A stretch of 64,000 nucleotides of DNA from Candidatus Dormiibacterota bacterium (GTDB taxonomy: Bacteria > Chloroflexota > Dormibacteria > Aeolococcales > Aeolococcaceae). The DNA is taken from the NCBI GenBank assembly GCA_963800175.1, contig CAWCZS010000001.1, forward strand, positions 71,490-135,489. Reading direction: 5' to 3'. This document shows, in pieces, positions 42,755-52,398 of this stretch (within the stretch, counting starts at the first letter, position 1; every line of letters starts with the position of its first letter). The position numbers and the translations under genes are program-made. The notes under the pieces were generated by a model. It was given only the letters and a program-made list of their open reading frames with translations, made no database searches and was not told the DNA's origin.

Positions 42755-44092
42755 GTGCAGACCCAGGGTTCCCTCCGTGACGGCGGTCTCGCCACGCTGC
42801 TGCAGTCGATGCAGGCAGAGCGAGCGACCGGCACCCTGACCATCGACAACGGTGGCGACAACTGCTCGCTCTACTTCCTGTTCGGACACCTGTTCCACGC
42901 GAGTGGCCCTGGTGGACAGGGCGAAGAGGTTGTCATCGACGCTCTCGGGTGGGACGACGGCTCCTACCAGTTCGACCCGCGCGCCAAGCTCCCCGCGGAG
43001 GAGACGATCAAGGCCTCGCCGGCCGAGTTGATCGCCGCAGCCGAGAGCCGGGCTCCCGCGGCAGCCGCCTCGACGGGTGCTTCCACATGGCCAGATGCGG
43101 CGCCGGCGTATTCGGCCCCTGATTCGTACTCGCCCGCACCCGCCGCGAGCCTTCCGGAGCCGATCGAGGAGCCGGCGTACGCTGTCGCGGCGCACGCGCC
43201 GGAACCCGAGCCCACGCCGGAGCCGGTCGCCGAGGCTCCGGCGGCCGCGCCCGAGCCGGAGCCCGAACCAGAACCCGTTGCTGAGGTGCAGGCCGCGCCT
43301 GAGGCGCCGGCTCCCGAGCCCTTCTCGTATCAGCCGGCACCAGAGCCAGTCTCGTACCAGCCTGAGCCGGTGGCCGCGGAACCGGAGCCCGTTGCTCCAG
43401 CCGCCTCCGCTGCCGCGTCACCCGACCGCCCGACACCATCACCTGGAGGTGCCGCCACGGACGCTCCCGCTGTCCGCGTCTATCCGCTCCCATCGGGGCG
43501 CGCCCATTACGAAGGGCTGAAGAGCGCATTCGTCGACTTCCCCCGCCTGCTTCGCACGCTCCGGTCGGATCGCCATACCGGCTACGTGAATCTGAGTGGC
43601 ACCGGCTACAGCGGCGTGATCCTCCTCAACGACGGCCAGGCGCTCGAGGCGTTGTGCAGCAACGGCACGGCCGTCCAGGGTGAGGAGGCGTTCCTCCAGA
43701 TCCGCCGCCACATGGACGCCGGCGATGGTGTCATCGACGTCATCGAGCTCGATGGCGAGACCGTCACCGCGCTTGCCCAACTGTTCACGTCGCCGTACCT
43801 CTACAACGGCCTGCTCGGGCGTTTCGTCAATCTCGATGCGCTGCTCGAGTACCTGGCCGAGGAGCACGTGAGTGGATCGGTGGTGGTGCAAACCCCCAAC
43901 GAGGCGGGGATCATCCTGCTTCGAGATGGCGACATCCTCGGCACGTACACCGAATCCCAGCGGTCCCTCGACAAGGCCACGACCGCGGTTGCCTCGCTGG
44001 CGACTGATCGGGCGTCGGTCATCGAGGTCAAGGGCGGCGATGGCGCCGTCGCGGCCATCGACGTCGACGCCGCGCTCAACCGCGCTTACTAG
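42755..44092 (+). CDS. Tandem DUF4388-like domain protein with acidic Pro/Glu linker
   Basis: GSL...LATLLQ...TGTL...FLFGHLFHA...GEE...WDDGSYQF; similar pattern repeated twice at the C-terminus; PEPEPEP linker. Confidence 0.75.
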   Translation: MQTQGSLRDGGLATLLQSMQAERATGTLTIDNGGDNCSLYFLFGHLFHASGPGGQGEEVVIDALGWDDGSYQFDPRAKLPAEETIKASPAELIAAAESRAPAAAASTGASTWPDAAPAYSAPDSYSPAPAASLPEPIEEPAYAVAAHAPEPEPTPEPVAEAPAAAPEPEPEPEPVAEVQAAPEAPAPEPFSYQPAPEPVSYQPEPVAAEPEPVAPAASAAASPDRPTPSPGGAATDAPAVRVYPLPSGRAHYEGLKSAFVDFPRLLRTLRSDRHTGYVNLSGTGYSGVILLNDGQALEALCSNGTAVQGEEAFLQIRRHMDAGDGVIDVIELDGETVTALAQLFTSPYLYNGLLGRFVNLDALLEYLAEEHVSGSVVVQTPNEAGIILLRDGDILGTYTESQRSLDKATTAVASLATDRASVIEVKGGDGAVAAIDVDAALNRAY

Positions 44093-44123
44093 GTCGCTCC
44101 GGGGGCTCCGTCTCACCACCGGC

Positions 44124-45860
44124 CTGCGCCGGATCGCACCCTGGGCCGTATGCGGACTGCTCTGCGCATGCCTGTCCGGCTGTTTCAGCAGCCCGCCGCA
44201 GATCATCCAGCTGCTTCCCGGGCGCGGCTCGGTCGGCGTCGCCGCCGATGCGGCAGTGACCGTCGAATTCGACCGGCCAGTCGTGACATCGTCAGTACGG
44301 AGCCGCTTCTCCGTGAACCGGCCGATCTCCTCCTGCAATCTCGAGGCTGCGTTCGGCGCCGGTCCGCTCGCTCCGTGCCGGATCGTGTGGCTGGCGGGAG
44401 ATACCGGGTTCACCCTGCTCCACCCGCGGGCGATCTTCGCGCCGAGCACGTCGTACACCTTCACGCTCGCCGGAGGCATCAGCGATCCGAGCGGGGTCGT
44501 GAACTCAGTCGATCATCACTGGACGATCACCACTGGTCCGGCCCCGGTCATTCGCACGCTTCAGCCCGCTGACGGGTCCACCGGGGTCGCGGTCGATACA
44601 CCGATCTCGGTGAGCTTCTCGACGGCCATGAACGCCGGCGCGACCGAGGCGGCGATCACGTTGAACCCGCCGGTCCCCGGGACGCGCGTCGTTCGCAACC
44701 TTCGCGACCCGAGCCGCTTCGTCGTGCTGCCCGGGGCGACCCTGGAGGCCGGGGTGACGTACCACCTGGACGTCGGCGTGACCGCTACGGACATCGATCA
44801 CCAACCCCTGGTGACCGGGGCGGTATCCACGTTCACCACGGCCGGCATGTCGCCCGGTCCGCACGTGGTCGTGCTGGCCGCCGTCCCTGGCGAAGGCGCA
44901 ACCACCGTGCTCATCTCGCCGCTGGCGCCCGCCGAAGTGGGTGAGCCGATCGCGACCGAGGCCGTGCTCGATGCCCCGCGCTGCCCGCGCCGGACGGGGT
45001 GCGGCACAGCCGCGTACCAGGCGCCGCTCTACACGTACGCCGCCGCGGCGCTCTCACCGGGAGGTGGCTGGCTCGCCGTGGTCGAGCTCGACGCCACGGT
45101 CGCGGCTCCAACACCGGTGCTGGTGGTGCTCGACCCGGCGACCGGCAGCGTGGTCTCGAGCTTCGCCGATTCATCGCTCCCTTCGTGGTCACCCGACGGG
45201 TCGACGCTCGCGTTCTCGCGCGCCGGCAACGTGTCGTTCTTCAACCCGGTGACGGGATCGCTCACCTCCCTGCCGCCCGGCGATCCGCTCGTTGCGCCCG
45301 CGGTCTGGAGCCCCCTCGGCGAGCAGGTCGTCCTCGACGTCGCCGGGACATCGGACTTCGAGCATCTCGAACTGGCGGACTCGGTGGTGCTCGCCCGGTA
45401 CCCGATCCCCGGGCTCACCGGCGCTTCGAGCGACCCGGCAATCTCGCCGGACGGATCGCAGCTCGCCTTCCTCCGCTCCGCCACCGGTGCGCAGGGCACC
45501 TGGATCGCGGGGCTCGGGGCGTCCTCGACGACGGCCCGGCTCCTGGACCCGTTCGTACAGCCGGTGGGATTCACCTCGACTGGGACACTCGTGGGCATCA
45601 ACCGCCCGGCCGTGGGCAGCCCCACCCTCGTGCTCGTCAGTGTTGCCGGCGATGAACAGATTCCAATCGCCGGGGGGCCGGGTGCCGGCTCGCTCGGCAC
45701 GGTGGTGGTGGCGCCGTCGGGGCGCCAGCTCGTGTACCTCAACGCCGACGCCTCCGGCATCGTGCAGGCGTACATCGAGAACGCTGACGGCAGCGACGCC
45801 CTGGTGATCACCGACTTCGCGCCGCGCACGCTGGTGGCCGCCTCGGTCGCGGTGAGCTGA
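44124..45860 (+). CDS. Lipoprotein with Ig-like (Big_5) domains and TolB-like propeller
   Basis: Lipobox LSGC; PADGSTGVAVDTPISVSFS; WSPDG/SPDG repeats; no canonical start found (CTG 44124 assumed). Confidence 0.75.
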   Translation: MRRIAPWAVCGLLCACLSGCFSSPPQIIQLLPGRGSVGVAADAAVTVEFDRPVVTSSVRSRFSVNRPISSCNLEAAFGAGPLAPCRIVWLAGDTGFTLLHPRAIFAPSTSYTFTLAGGISDPSGVVNSVDHHWTITTGPAPVIRTLQPADGSTGVAVDTPISVSFSTAMNAGATEAAITLNPPVPGTRVVRNLRDPSRFVVLPGATLEAGVTYHLDVGVTATDIDHQPLVTGAVSTFTTAGMSPGPHVVVLAAVPGEGATTVLISPLAPAEVGEPIATEAVLDAPRCPRRTGCGTAAYQAPLYTYAAAALSPGGGWLAVVELDATVAAPTPVLVVLDPATGSVVSSFADSSLPSWSPDGSTLAFSRAGNVSFFNPVTGSLTSLPPGDPLVAPAVWSPLGEQVVLDVAGTSDFEHLELADSVVLARYPIPGLTGASSDPAISPDGSQLAFLRSATGAQGTWIAGLGASSTTARLLDPFVQPVGFTSTGTLVGINRPAVGSPTLVLVSVAGDEQIPIAGGPGAGSLGTVVVAPSGRQLVYLNADASGIVQAYIENADGSDALVITDFAPRTLVAASVAVS

Positions 45861-47006
45861 TGCGGCGTCTGCTCTTTCTCATCGCCGACACGGGCGGCGG
45901 GCATCGCGCCGCAGCCACCGCCGTCGAACGGCAGATGACCGCAACGTGGCCCGGGGAGTTCGAGATCACCATCCTCGATCCGTTCACCAGCGCGAAGCCG
46001 CGGGTCATCGGGGGCACTGCCGGCCTGTACGGGCCGATCACGCGGCACGCTCGCTGGCTCTGGGGCGGCCTCTACTACTCCACGAACTCCCGTTCCGCTG
46101 TGGCTGTGCTGGAACGCACGGTGCTGCGATCCGTGACGAACGCCGTGACCGCGGCGATCGATGACCTCGATCCGGAATGCGTTGTGTCGTTTCACCCGCT
46201 GCTCAATCACATCAGCGTCCGCGCCGTGCGCACCCGGACGCGCCGCATCCCGGTCATCACCGTGATCACCGACCTCGTCGACATCCACGTGGCGTGGGAG
46301 TGCCGCGACGTCGATGCCGTTGTCGTTCCATCCCCAGGCGGGCTTGACCATTGCCGTCGCGCCGGCATTCCGGCCTCGCGCTGTCACGACTTCGGCCTCG
46401 CTGTCGATCGCCGCTTTACGGAGCTCCCCGGCGATCCGGCCGGCATCGCCGCGATTCGTGAGCGCCTCGGCCTGCGCACCGACAGTTTCGTGGTGCTCGT
46501 CTGTGGCGGGGCGGACGGATCCGGTGGAACTCGTCAAGCATGCGCGGGCGATCGCTGCCGGATCGCTCGACCTTGATGTCGTCGTGATCTGCGGTCGCAA
46601 CGAGCGCGCGCGAACAGCGCTCGCCGGCCTGACAACGGGAGCTGGGCGGCCCGTCCGAGTCCTCGGCTACGTGGACAACATGCCGGAGTGGATGCGTGCC
46701 TGCGATGTGGTCGTGTCCAAGGCAGGGCCCGGCACCATTGCCGAGGCGCTCTGCTGCGGATTGCCGCTGCTGCTCGTCTGGTATCTCCCCGGACAGGAGC
46801 GCGGTAACGTGGAGTGGGTGGTGGACATCGGTGCGGGACGGTACGTGCCACGTGACGAGCAACTGGTCGATGCCGTGGCCGAGCTCGCTGAGCCGGGGTC
46901 GGAGGCACTCGCGACCATGCGCGCGGCAGTGAAAGCGGCTGCCCGGCCGGACGCCACGCGCCGGATCGCCGAGTTGATCGCCTCGATGTCCGGTCGCGAC
47001 GCATGA
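45860..47006 (+). CDS. MGDG synthase/UgtP-type glycosyltransferase (GT28) (frameshift near 46530)
   Basis: DTGGGHRAAA, SFHPL, VITD, ICGRN, SKAGPGTIAEAL, PGQERGN. Confidence 0.88.
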
Positions 47007-48205
47007 GCGTTGACGCTCCAACGGTGGACACGCCACCCGAGCCTGCCGGTACGGCGGTGCCGCGGTGCACGATCGTCCGTCTGCGAATGCACGGCTTTCG
47101 CAACTACACGGAGACGACCGTGCGTTTCGGCCCGGGGCTCAATGTCATTCATGGCCAGAACGCGCAGGGCAAGACGAATCTCCTCGAGGCGATCGCAACA
47201 CTGGCGCTGACGCGATCGCCCCGCACGACGAGCAGCGGGGATCTGCTGCTGTGGAATGAGGACGCCGCGCTTGCCGAGGCGGACGTTGTTCGACCGCCTG
47301 CCGACGTCACCCTCTCCATCCGATTCCAGCGCGACGTCGCGACCGGACGTGTCGGCCGGGTCACATCCGTTGACGGGAAGCCGCGGCCGGCGCGCGCGAT
47401 GCTCGGCGTCTGCCCGGTGGTGCTCTTCTGGCCGGAGGACCTGGCACTTGTGCGCGGAGGCCCGGATGGGCGCCGGCGCTTTCTCGACGTCATCCTGGCC
47501 CAGACCGATCAGCAAGCGGTGGCGCACATGTCGCGGTATCGGCGAGTGCTGGAACAGCGCAACTCGTTGTTGCATCAGCTGCGCGCGGGCACTGGCGCCC
47601 GCGACGCGCTGCAGAGCTTCACGAGCGAGCTCGCCCATCACGGCGCATGGCTCGCGGTCGCTCGGGCACGCCTCGTCGACGCGCTGGCGCCGCTCGCCGC
47701 CCTGTCGCTCCGCGACCTGAGTGGCCAGCGTGAGCAGATCGCGCTTCGCTATGCGCCTGCGCATGTCGAAACGCTTGCAGACACGGTCGAGGCTGCTGAA
47801 CAGTCGCTGCTCGAGACGCTTCGCATGCGCACCGCGGAAGAGATCGCACGCGGAGTGACGATCGCCGGCCCACATCGCGATGACATTGCGTTCGATCTCG
47901 ACGGTCGCGCGGCGCGGGGCACTGCATCGCAAGGCCAGCAGCGAAGCATCGTCCTTGCCTGCAAGCTCGCCGAGGTCCGCTACCTGCAGGACACGGCGGG
48001 GGTCGCGCCGGTCATCCTTCTCGACGACGTGCTGAGCGAACTCGATCCCGATCGGCGCGGCCGGCTGCTGGCGTTGCTTGCCCGGGGAGGGCGGCACCAG
48101 GTGATGGTCACCACCACCGAACCGCTGCGCGAGGTCGCCGATTTTGACGAGGTGCTGCACTTCACCGTCCATCGCGGTGTCGTCAGCCAGGATGCGCGAC
48201 GGTGA
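47003..48205 (+). CDS. recF: DNA replication/repair protein RecF
   Basis: FRNY, GQNAQGKTNLLEAI, GPHRDD, SQGQQR, LLDDVLSELD. Confidence 0.96.
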   Translation: MSVDAPTVDTPPEPAGTAVPRCTIVRLRMHGFRNYTETTVRFGPGLNVIHGQNAQGKTNLLEAIATLALTRSPRTTSSGDLLLWNEDAALAEADVVRPPADVTLSIRFQRDVATGRVGRVTSVDGKPRPARAMLGVCPVVLFWPEDLALVRGGPDGRRRFLDVILAQTDQQAVAHMSRYRRVLEQRNSLLHQLRAGTGARDALQSFTSELAHHGAWLAVARARLVDALAPLAALSLRDLSGQREQIALRYAPAHVETLADTVEAAEQSLLETLRMRTAEEIARGVTIAGPHRDDIAFDLDGRAARGTASQGQQRSIVLACKLAEVRYLQDTAGVAPVILLDDVLSELDPDRRGRLLALLARGGRHQVMVTTTEPLREVADFDEVLHFTVHRGVVSQDARR

Positions 48206-48490
48206 CGGAGCAGCGCCTCTCCGACCTCATCGATCCCGCGCTTCGCGGGTTAGGGGTCCGTGTGCAGGTTCGCGAGGAGCGCCTGCGTCTCGCACTTGCC
48301 GACGTCGTCGGCGATGGACTGGCCGCAATGTGCCGTGCGGAGCGGTTGGATCGCGGCGTGCTCGTGATCGCAACCGCCAATACAGCGCTGGCACATCAAC
48401 TCCAGATGGATGCGCCTCGAGTTCATCGACGCGCTCAACGCGCGTGTCGGTCAGGACCTTGTACGCCGCATCCGTTTCAAGGCGATGTAG
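48202..48490 (+). CDS. DUF721/DciA family protein (frameshift near 48420)
   Basis: Directly downstream of recF; GVLVIAT...AHQLQ...; alternate frame ends LNARVGQDLVRRIRFKAM-stop. Confidence 0.8.
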
Positions 48491-48499
48491 CGGGGCCCG

Positions 48500-49615
48500 T
48501 CAGGCGACCCGCACCGGCATGATGATGCAGAGGTAGTCATCCTTCCCGACCGGACGGATGACGCCAGGCTGCAACGATCCGTTGAACGACAGCTGCACCT
48601 CGTCGGAGTCGAGCGCCGATAACGCGTCCAGCATGTACCTCGCGTTGAAGGCAATCTGCACGTCGTCACCCTGCACGGACGCAGTGAGCGGTGCCTCGTC
48701 GTCACCCACCTCCGCAGTTTGCGCAAGGAGTGTCAGCGTCCCGTCACCGATGCGCAAACGGACCGGGTTTGCGGCATCACGCGCGAGCACTGCGGCAGTC
48801 TTCGCTTCACGCAACAGCGACGCCGTCGACAGGCTCACCGTCGTGGTCAACTCACCCGGAATCACCTGCGTGTAGTTGGGATATGTGCCTTCGATCAACC
48901 GTGAGGAAATCTCGACGTCTTTCAGCGTGAAGAAGACCTGGTTGCGGGCGTGAGCGAAGGCAATACCAACTGTTGGGCGGTTCGGATTCACTGCTCGAGC
49001 AACCTCGGAGAGATGCCGCGAAGGAACGATCACCGACGTCACCGGCGGCGTGCCGTTCACGGTGACGTCAATTGTCTTCACAGCAAGGCGGTGCCGATCC
49101 GTTGCGGCAAGTGTCAGCCGGTTGCCATCGATCTGCAGCAGCACACCGGTGAGCACCGGCGACGCTTCATCGGAGCTCGCAGCCATGACGGTCTGCGTGA
49201 TCGCGTTCTGCAACGTGACCGCGTCCACTTCAATGGACGTCTCGCTGTCGCGCGCCGGTAGCGGAGGAAATTCCACTGCATCGATGCCGTGCACATTCGC
49301 GCGGTGGACGCCCCCCGTGAGCTTGAGCACCTGTGTGGTGGGTTCCAACTCCATCGTGCATGGTGCATCACCGAGCGATGCGACGAATTCTCCAAGCAAC
49401 CGTGCGGGCACGGTGACTCGGCCTTCCTCGAGGACGGTTGCCGGCACCACGACGGTGATCGTGAGGTCGAGATTGGTTGCGGTCACACGCAAACCATCGA
49501 CACCTGTCTCGAGCAGCACGTTGCTGAGCACTGGCAGGGTCGATCTCGGCGATACGGCTCGGGACACCAGCCCGAGAGCACCACTAAGGGTCGAGGACGA
49601 GACGGTCGCTTTCAT
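48500..49615 (-). CDS. dnaN: DNA polymerase III beta clamp
   Basis: LPVLSNV, ATNL, ATDRHRL, SRLIEGTYPNY, FNARY, IMPVR. Confidence 0.97.
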   Translation of the reverse strand: MKATVSSSTLSGALGLVSRAVSPRSTLPVLSNVLLETGVDGLRVTATNLDLTITVVVPATVLEEGRVTVPARLLGEFVASLGDAPCTMELEPTTQVLKLTGGVHRANVHGIDAVEFPPLPARDSETSIEVDAVTLQNAITQTVMAASSDEASPVLTGVLLQIDGNRLTLAATDRHRLAVKTIDVTVNGTPPVTSVIVPSRHLSEVARAVNPNRPTVGIAFAHARNQVFFTLKDVEISSRLIEGTYPNYTQVIPGELTTTVSLSTASLLREAKTAAVLARDAANPVRLRIGDGTLTLLAQTAEVGDDEAPLTASVQGDDVQIAFNARYMLDALSALDSDEVQLSFNGSLQPGVIRPVGKDDYLCIIMPVRVA

Positions 49616-49683
49616 GGACGATTCCTCTCTGGAGGCTGCGTTATCACCAAACTCAATGAGTATGACCTGCAGAGTCTAGAGAC

Positions 49684-49830
49684 CAGTAGACGATGTAGTA
49701 GTGGGGACACGGGGGACAACTCGAAAAGCGATCTCATGCGGCCTCCGGGGGCGTTGCCGGCGTGTGCGCAAGTGGCACTGGTTGTCCACCAGTTGTGCAC
49801 CGACAGCTGACTTGCGCACTTTGTCCACAT
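49684..49830. promoter_or_regulatory. oriC region between dnaA and dnaN: DnaA boxes plus DnaA-trio-like element
   Basis: TTGTCCACA 49821-49829, TTGTCCACC 49782-49790, TTGCGCACT 49812-49820, TGTGCGCAA 49763-49771; CAG TAG ACG ATG TAG TAG followed by TGGGGACAC GGGGGACAA (49684-49719). Confidence 0.8.
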
Positions 49831-49858
49831 GCCGTCCCGGGGTTCGCCAACAGGGTTG

Positions 49859-51212
49859 TCAACGGTTGTGGAGCTGTTCGCGTATTGCTCGCACCTCACC
49901 CTGGAGGCGAACGTCTTCACGCATCAGCTCGGTGATCTTTTCGATTGCGTGCAGCGCCGTGGTGTGATCCCTGCCGCCGAACGCGCTGCCGATGACGGGG
50001 AGCGATGACTCAGTCGCCTCACGGATGAGATACATCGCCACCTGGCGCGGGAAGACGATGTTCTTGTCGCGGCGCTTGCCCTTCATCTCCTCGACAGAGA
50101 TGGAGTAGTGCGCGGCCACCGCCATCTGGATCGTCTCGATGCTCACCGGCGTCGAGTTCCTGGACCGGGATGACGTCGCGGAGGATCTGCTGGGCGGTCT
50201 CGAGCGTGATCTGCTGCCCGTTGATCGACGCGTGTGCCAGCACGCGGATGAGCGCACCCTCGAGCTCGCGGATGTTCTTCTGGATCCGATGCGCGATGAA
50301 CGAGCACACCTCGTCCGGGACGAGCTTGCTGTACGGCCCCAGCTTGGTGGTGAGAATCGCCAGCCGTGTCTCGAAGTCCGGGGGCTGGATGTCGGCCATG
50401 AGCCCGCCCTCGAAGCGGCTCCGGAGGCGATCCTCGAGCGTCGGGATGTCCTTCGGCGGCCGGTCGCTGCTCACCACGATCTGCTTCTGAAATTCCTGGA
50501 GCGCGTTGAAGGTGTGGAAGAACTCCTCTCGGGTGTGGTCCTTGCCGGCCAGGAACTGGATGTCGTCGATGAGCAGGACGTCAACGCCGCGATACCGCAT
50601 CCGGAACTCCGCCGGCCGGTTCTCCACGATCGAGGCGACCATCTCGTTCATGAATTTCTCGGAGGTGACGTAGGCCACCTTCGCGTTGCGATGGGTCTCG
50701 CGGACCGCGTGGCCGATCGCATGCATGAGGTGGGTCTTGCCGAGACCCACGCCTCCGTACAGGAACAGCGGGTTGTACGCCTTGCCGGGTGCTTCGGCCA
50801 CGGCGCGGCACGCTGCGTGCGCGAACCGGCTGGAGTTGCCGACGACGAACGTGCTGAAGGTGAATGCTGGATTGAGCCGTGAGTCGTTGGCGCCGTCCTC
50901 GGGCTCGCTCACGTGCGCGTATGTGGGATCGGGGATGTTCGGTGGCGCCTCGGGCGGCGGTGACGCCTCCGGGTCGACGGTGATGATCACCTCGCAATCG
51001 CGACCGAGCACTCCGGAGAGCGTCTCGCGGATCAGCGGGACGTAGCGTTCGCTGACCCAGTCGCGGGCGAACATCGTCGGGACACCCACCGTGAACGTGT
51101 GCCCGTCGGAGTCGACGAGAACGGCGTTCGCCAGCCAGGCCTCGTACCCGGGGCGGACCACCTGAAAACGAAGCTCCTCCTGGGCGACCTGCCAGAGCTG
51201 CTGCGGGTCCAT
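49859..51212 (-). CDS. dnaA: Chromosomal replication initiator DnaA (frameshift near 50150)
   Basis: YNPLFLYGGVGLGKTHL, DDIQFL, RLRSRF, NIRELEGAL, GGRDHTT. Confidence 0.97.
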
Positions 51213-51334
51213 GCTCGCAGTCGAGCTGCCGCTTTCCAGGATCGGCTCGACGCGCTGCGCCTGATCACCGACAACTCCGATACCGACTGTTCGATCCACT
51301 CGTTCCTCGCCTTGGCCCGCCGAACACAGCGCAC

Positions 51335-51365
51335 TTATCCACAACTTGCGCACATCGGTGGATAA
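51335..51365. promoter_or_regulatory. DnaA box cluster upstream of dnaA
   Basis: Perfect TTATCCACA 51335-51343, TTGCGCACA 51346-51354, GGTGGATAA 51357-51365. Confidence 0.85.
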
Positions 51366-51543
51366 ATGCTTGGCCGCTGGTGGCCGGGGGGCTTGGTGAG
51401 ACGTTGAGAAGGGCTTCCCGCTCCCGCTGCAGCCTGGGGAGTCTAACAATGCGAGGCCCTGGTCACAACCGGAGCGAGCGCACCAAATCGAGGGCTCGGA
51501 GATTGTGAACTCGGGGAGATGGAGGGGCGGCCGCCCGTTGCCT

Positions 51544-51552
51544 TGGTATACT
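51544..51552 (+). promoter_or_regulatory. Extended -10 promoter for the rpmH operon
   Basis: TG-G-TATACT about 75 nt upstream of rpmH. Confidence 0.55.
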
Positions 51553-51626
51553 CGCGACGCAAACCCCGTCGGGCTCAGCGGCGCCTTGAGCGCCCCCGAC
51601 GCGATCAGTGTCTCGGAGAGACGGCC

Positions 51627-51773
51627 ATCAAGCGGACGTACCAACCCAAGAAGAAGTACCGGCGTAAGACGCACGGCTTTCGCATACGCATGGCGACGCC
51701 GGGTGGACGCCAGGTCCTCAAGGCACGCCGTCGGAAGGGCCGCAAGCGCCTGACTCCGGCTCCGACGCGATGA
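51627..51773 (+). CDS. rpmH: 50S ribosomal protein L34 (apparent ATC start)
   Basis: [43 protein letters not shown]; GGAG at 51615-51618. Confidence 0.95.
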   Translation: MKRTYQPKKKYRRKTHGFRIRMATPGGRQVLKARRRKGRKRLTPAPTR

Positions 51774-52117
51774 ACCAGCGGCATCGCCTGCCCGGGCGAC
51801 GCCGGATTGCGGCGGTGCGGGAAACCGGGAGCGAGGCACGCTCCGGGGTCATTCGAGTTCGAGTTCTTGCGGGCGCGACTGCTGTGTCACGTGTCGCCTT
51901 CGCGGTGCCGGGCGCCACGGGGGCTGTCAGTCGCAATCGCGCGCGCCGGCGGTTACGCGCCGCCATCGCTCCAGTCCTCCTGGAGCATCCTGGGCTCGAC
52001 ATGGTCGTGAGCCTGCCGGGACGCGCCACCGAGATGCCTTTTCTGAGCCTTCGCGCCGGCCTCGCCGCCGCGCTGGCAAACGCCTCGAGATCCTCACAGT
52101 TGAGGGTGCGCGCGTGA
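51770..52117 (+). CDS. rnpA: RNase P protein component
   Basis: [15 protein letters not shown] motif; synteny after rpmH. Confidence 0.9.
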   Translation: MNQRHRLPGRRRIAAVRETGSEARSGVIRVRVLAGATAVSRVAFAVPGATGAVSRNRARRRLRAAIAPVLLEHPGLDMVVSLPGRATEMPFLSLRAGLAAALANASRSSQLRVRA

Positions 52118-52398
52118 AACGCATCAGCCTGGTGTTCATCCGGATCTACCAGGTCACGATCGGCCCGCTCTTCGGAATGATGAGCTCCTGCCGCTACGAG
52201 CCGACCTGCTCGCACTACGGCTATGAGGCGATTCAGCGCTTCGGCGCGCGCCGCGGCTGGTGGCTCGCCGTGCGCCGGATCGCGCGCTGCCATCCGTTCC
52301 ACGAAGGTGGTTTCGATCCCGTGCCGGAGACGTATATCTCCTGGCGTATGGCTCGTCGCACGCATCACGAGGCCACCCAGGCAGGGAAAGCCGCGTGA
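52114..52398 (+). CDS. yidD: Membrane protein insertion efficiency factor
   Basis: [25 protein letters not shown]. Confidence 0.95.
   Translation: MKRISLVFIRIYQVTIGPLFGMMSSCRYEPTCSHYGYEAIQRFGARRGWWLAVRRIARCHPFHEGGFDPVPETYISWRMARRTHHEATQAGKAA

Noticed and set aside
49859-51212. dnaA or parB as pseudogenes or programmed frameshifts
   Set aside because: Essential genes with intact motifs, no slippery heptamer noticed, and similar indels occur throughout the window.
51213-51839. Long N-terminal extension of DnaA in the ORF track
   Set aside because: Runs through DnaA boxes, promoters and antisense rpmH; homology begins at ATG 51212.
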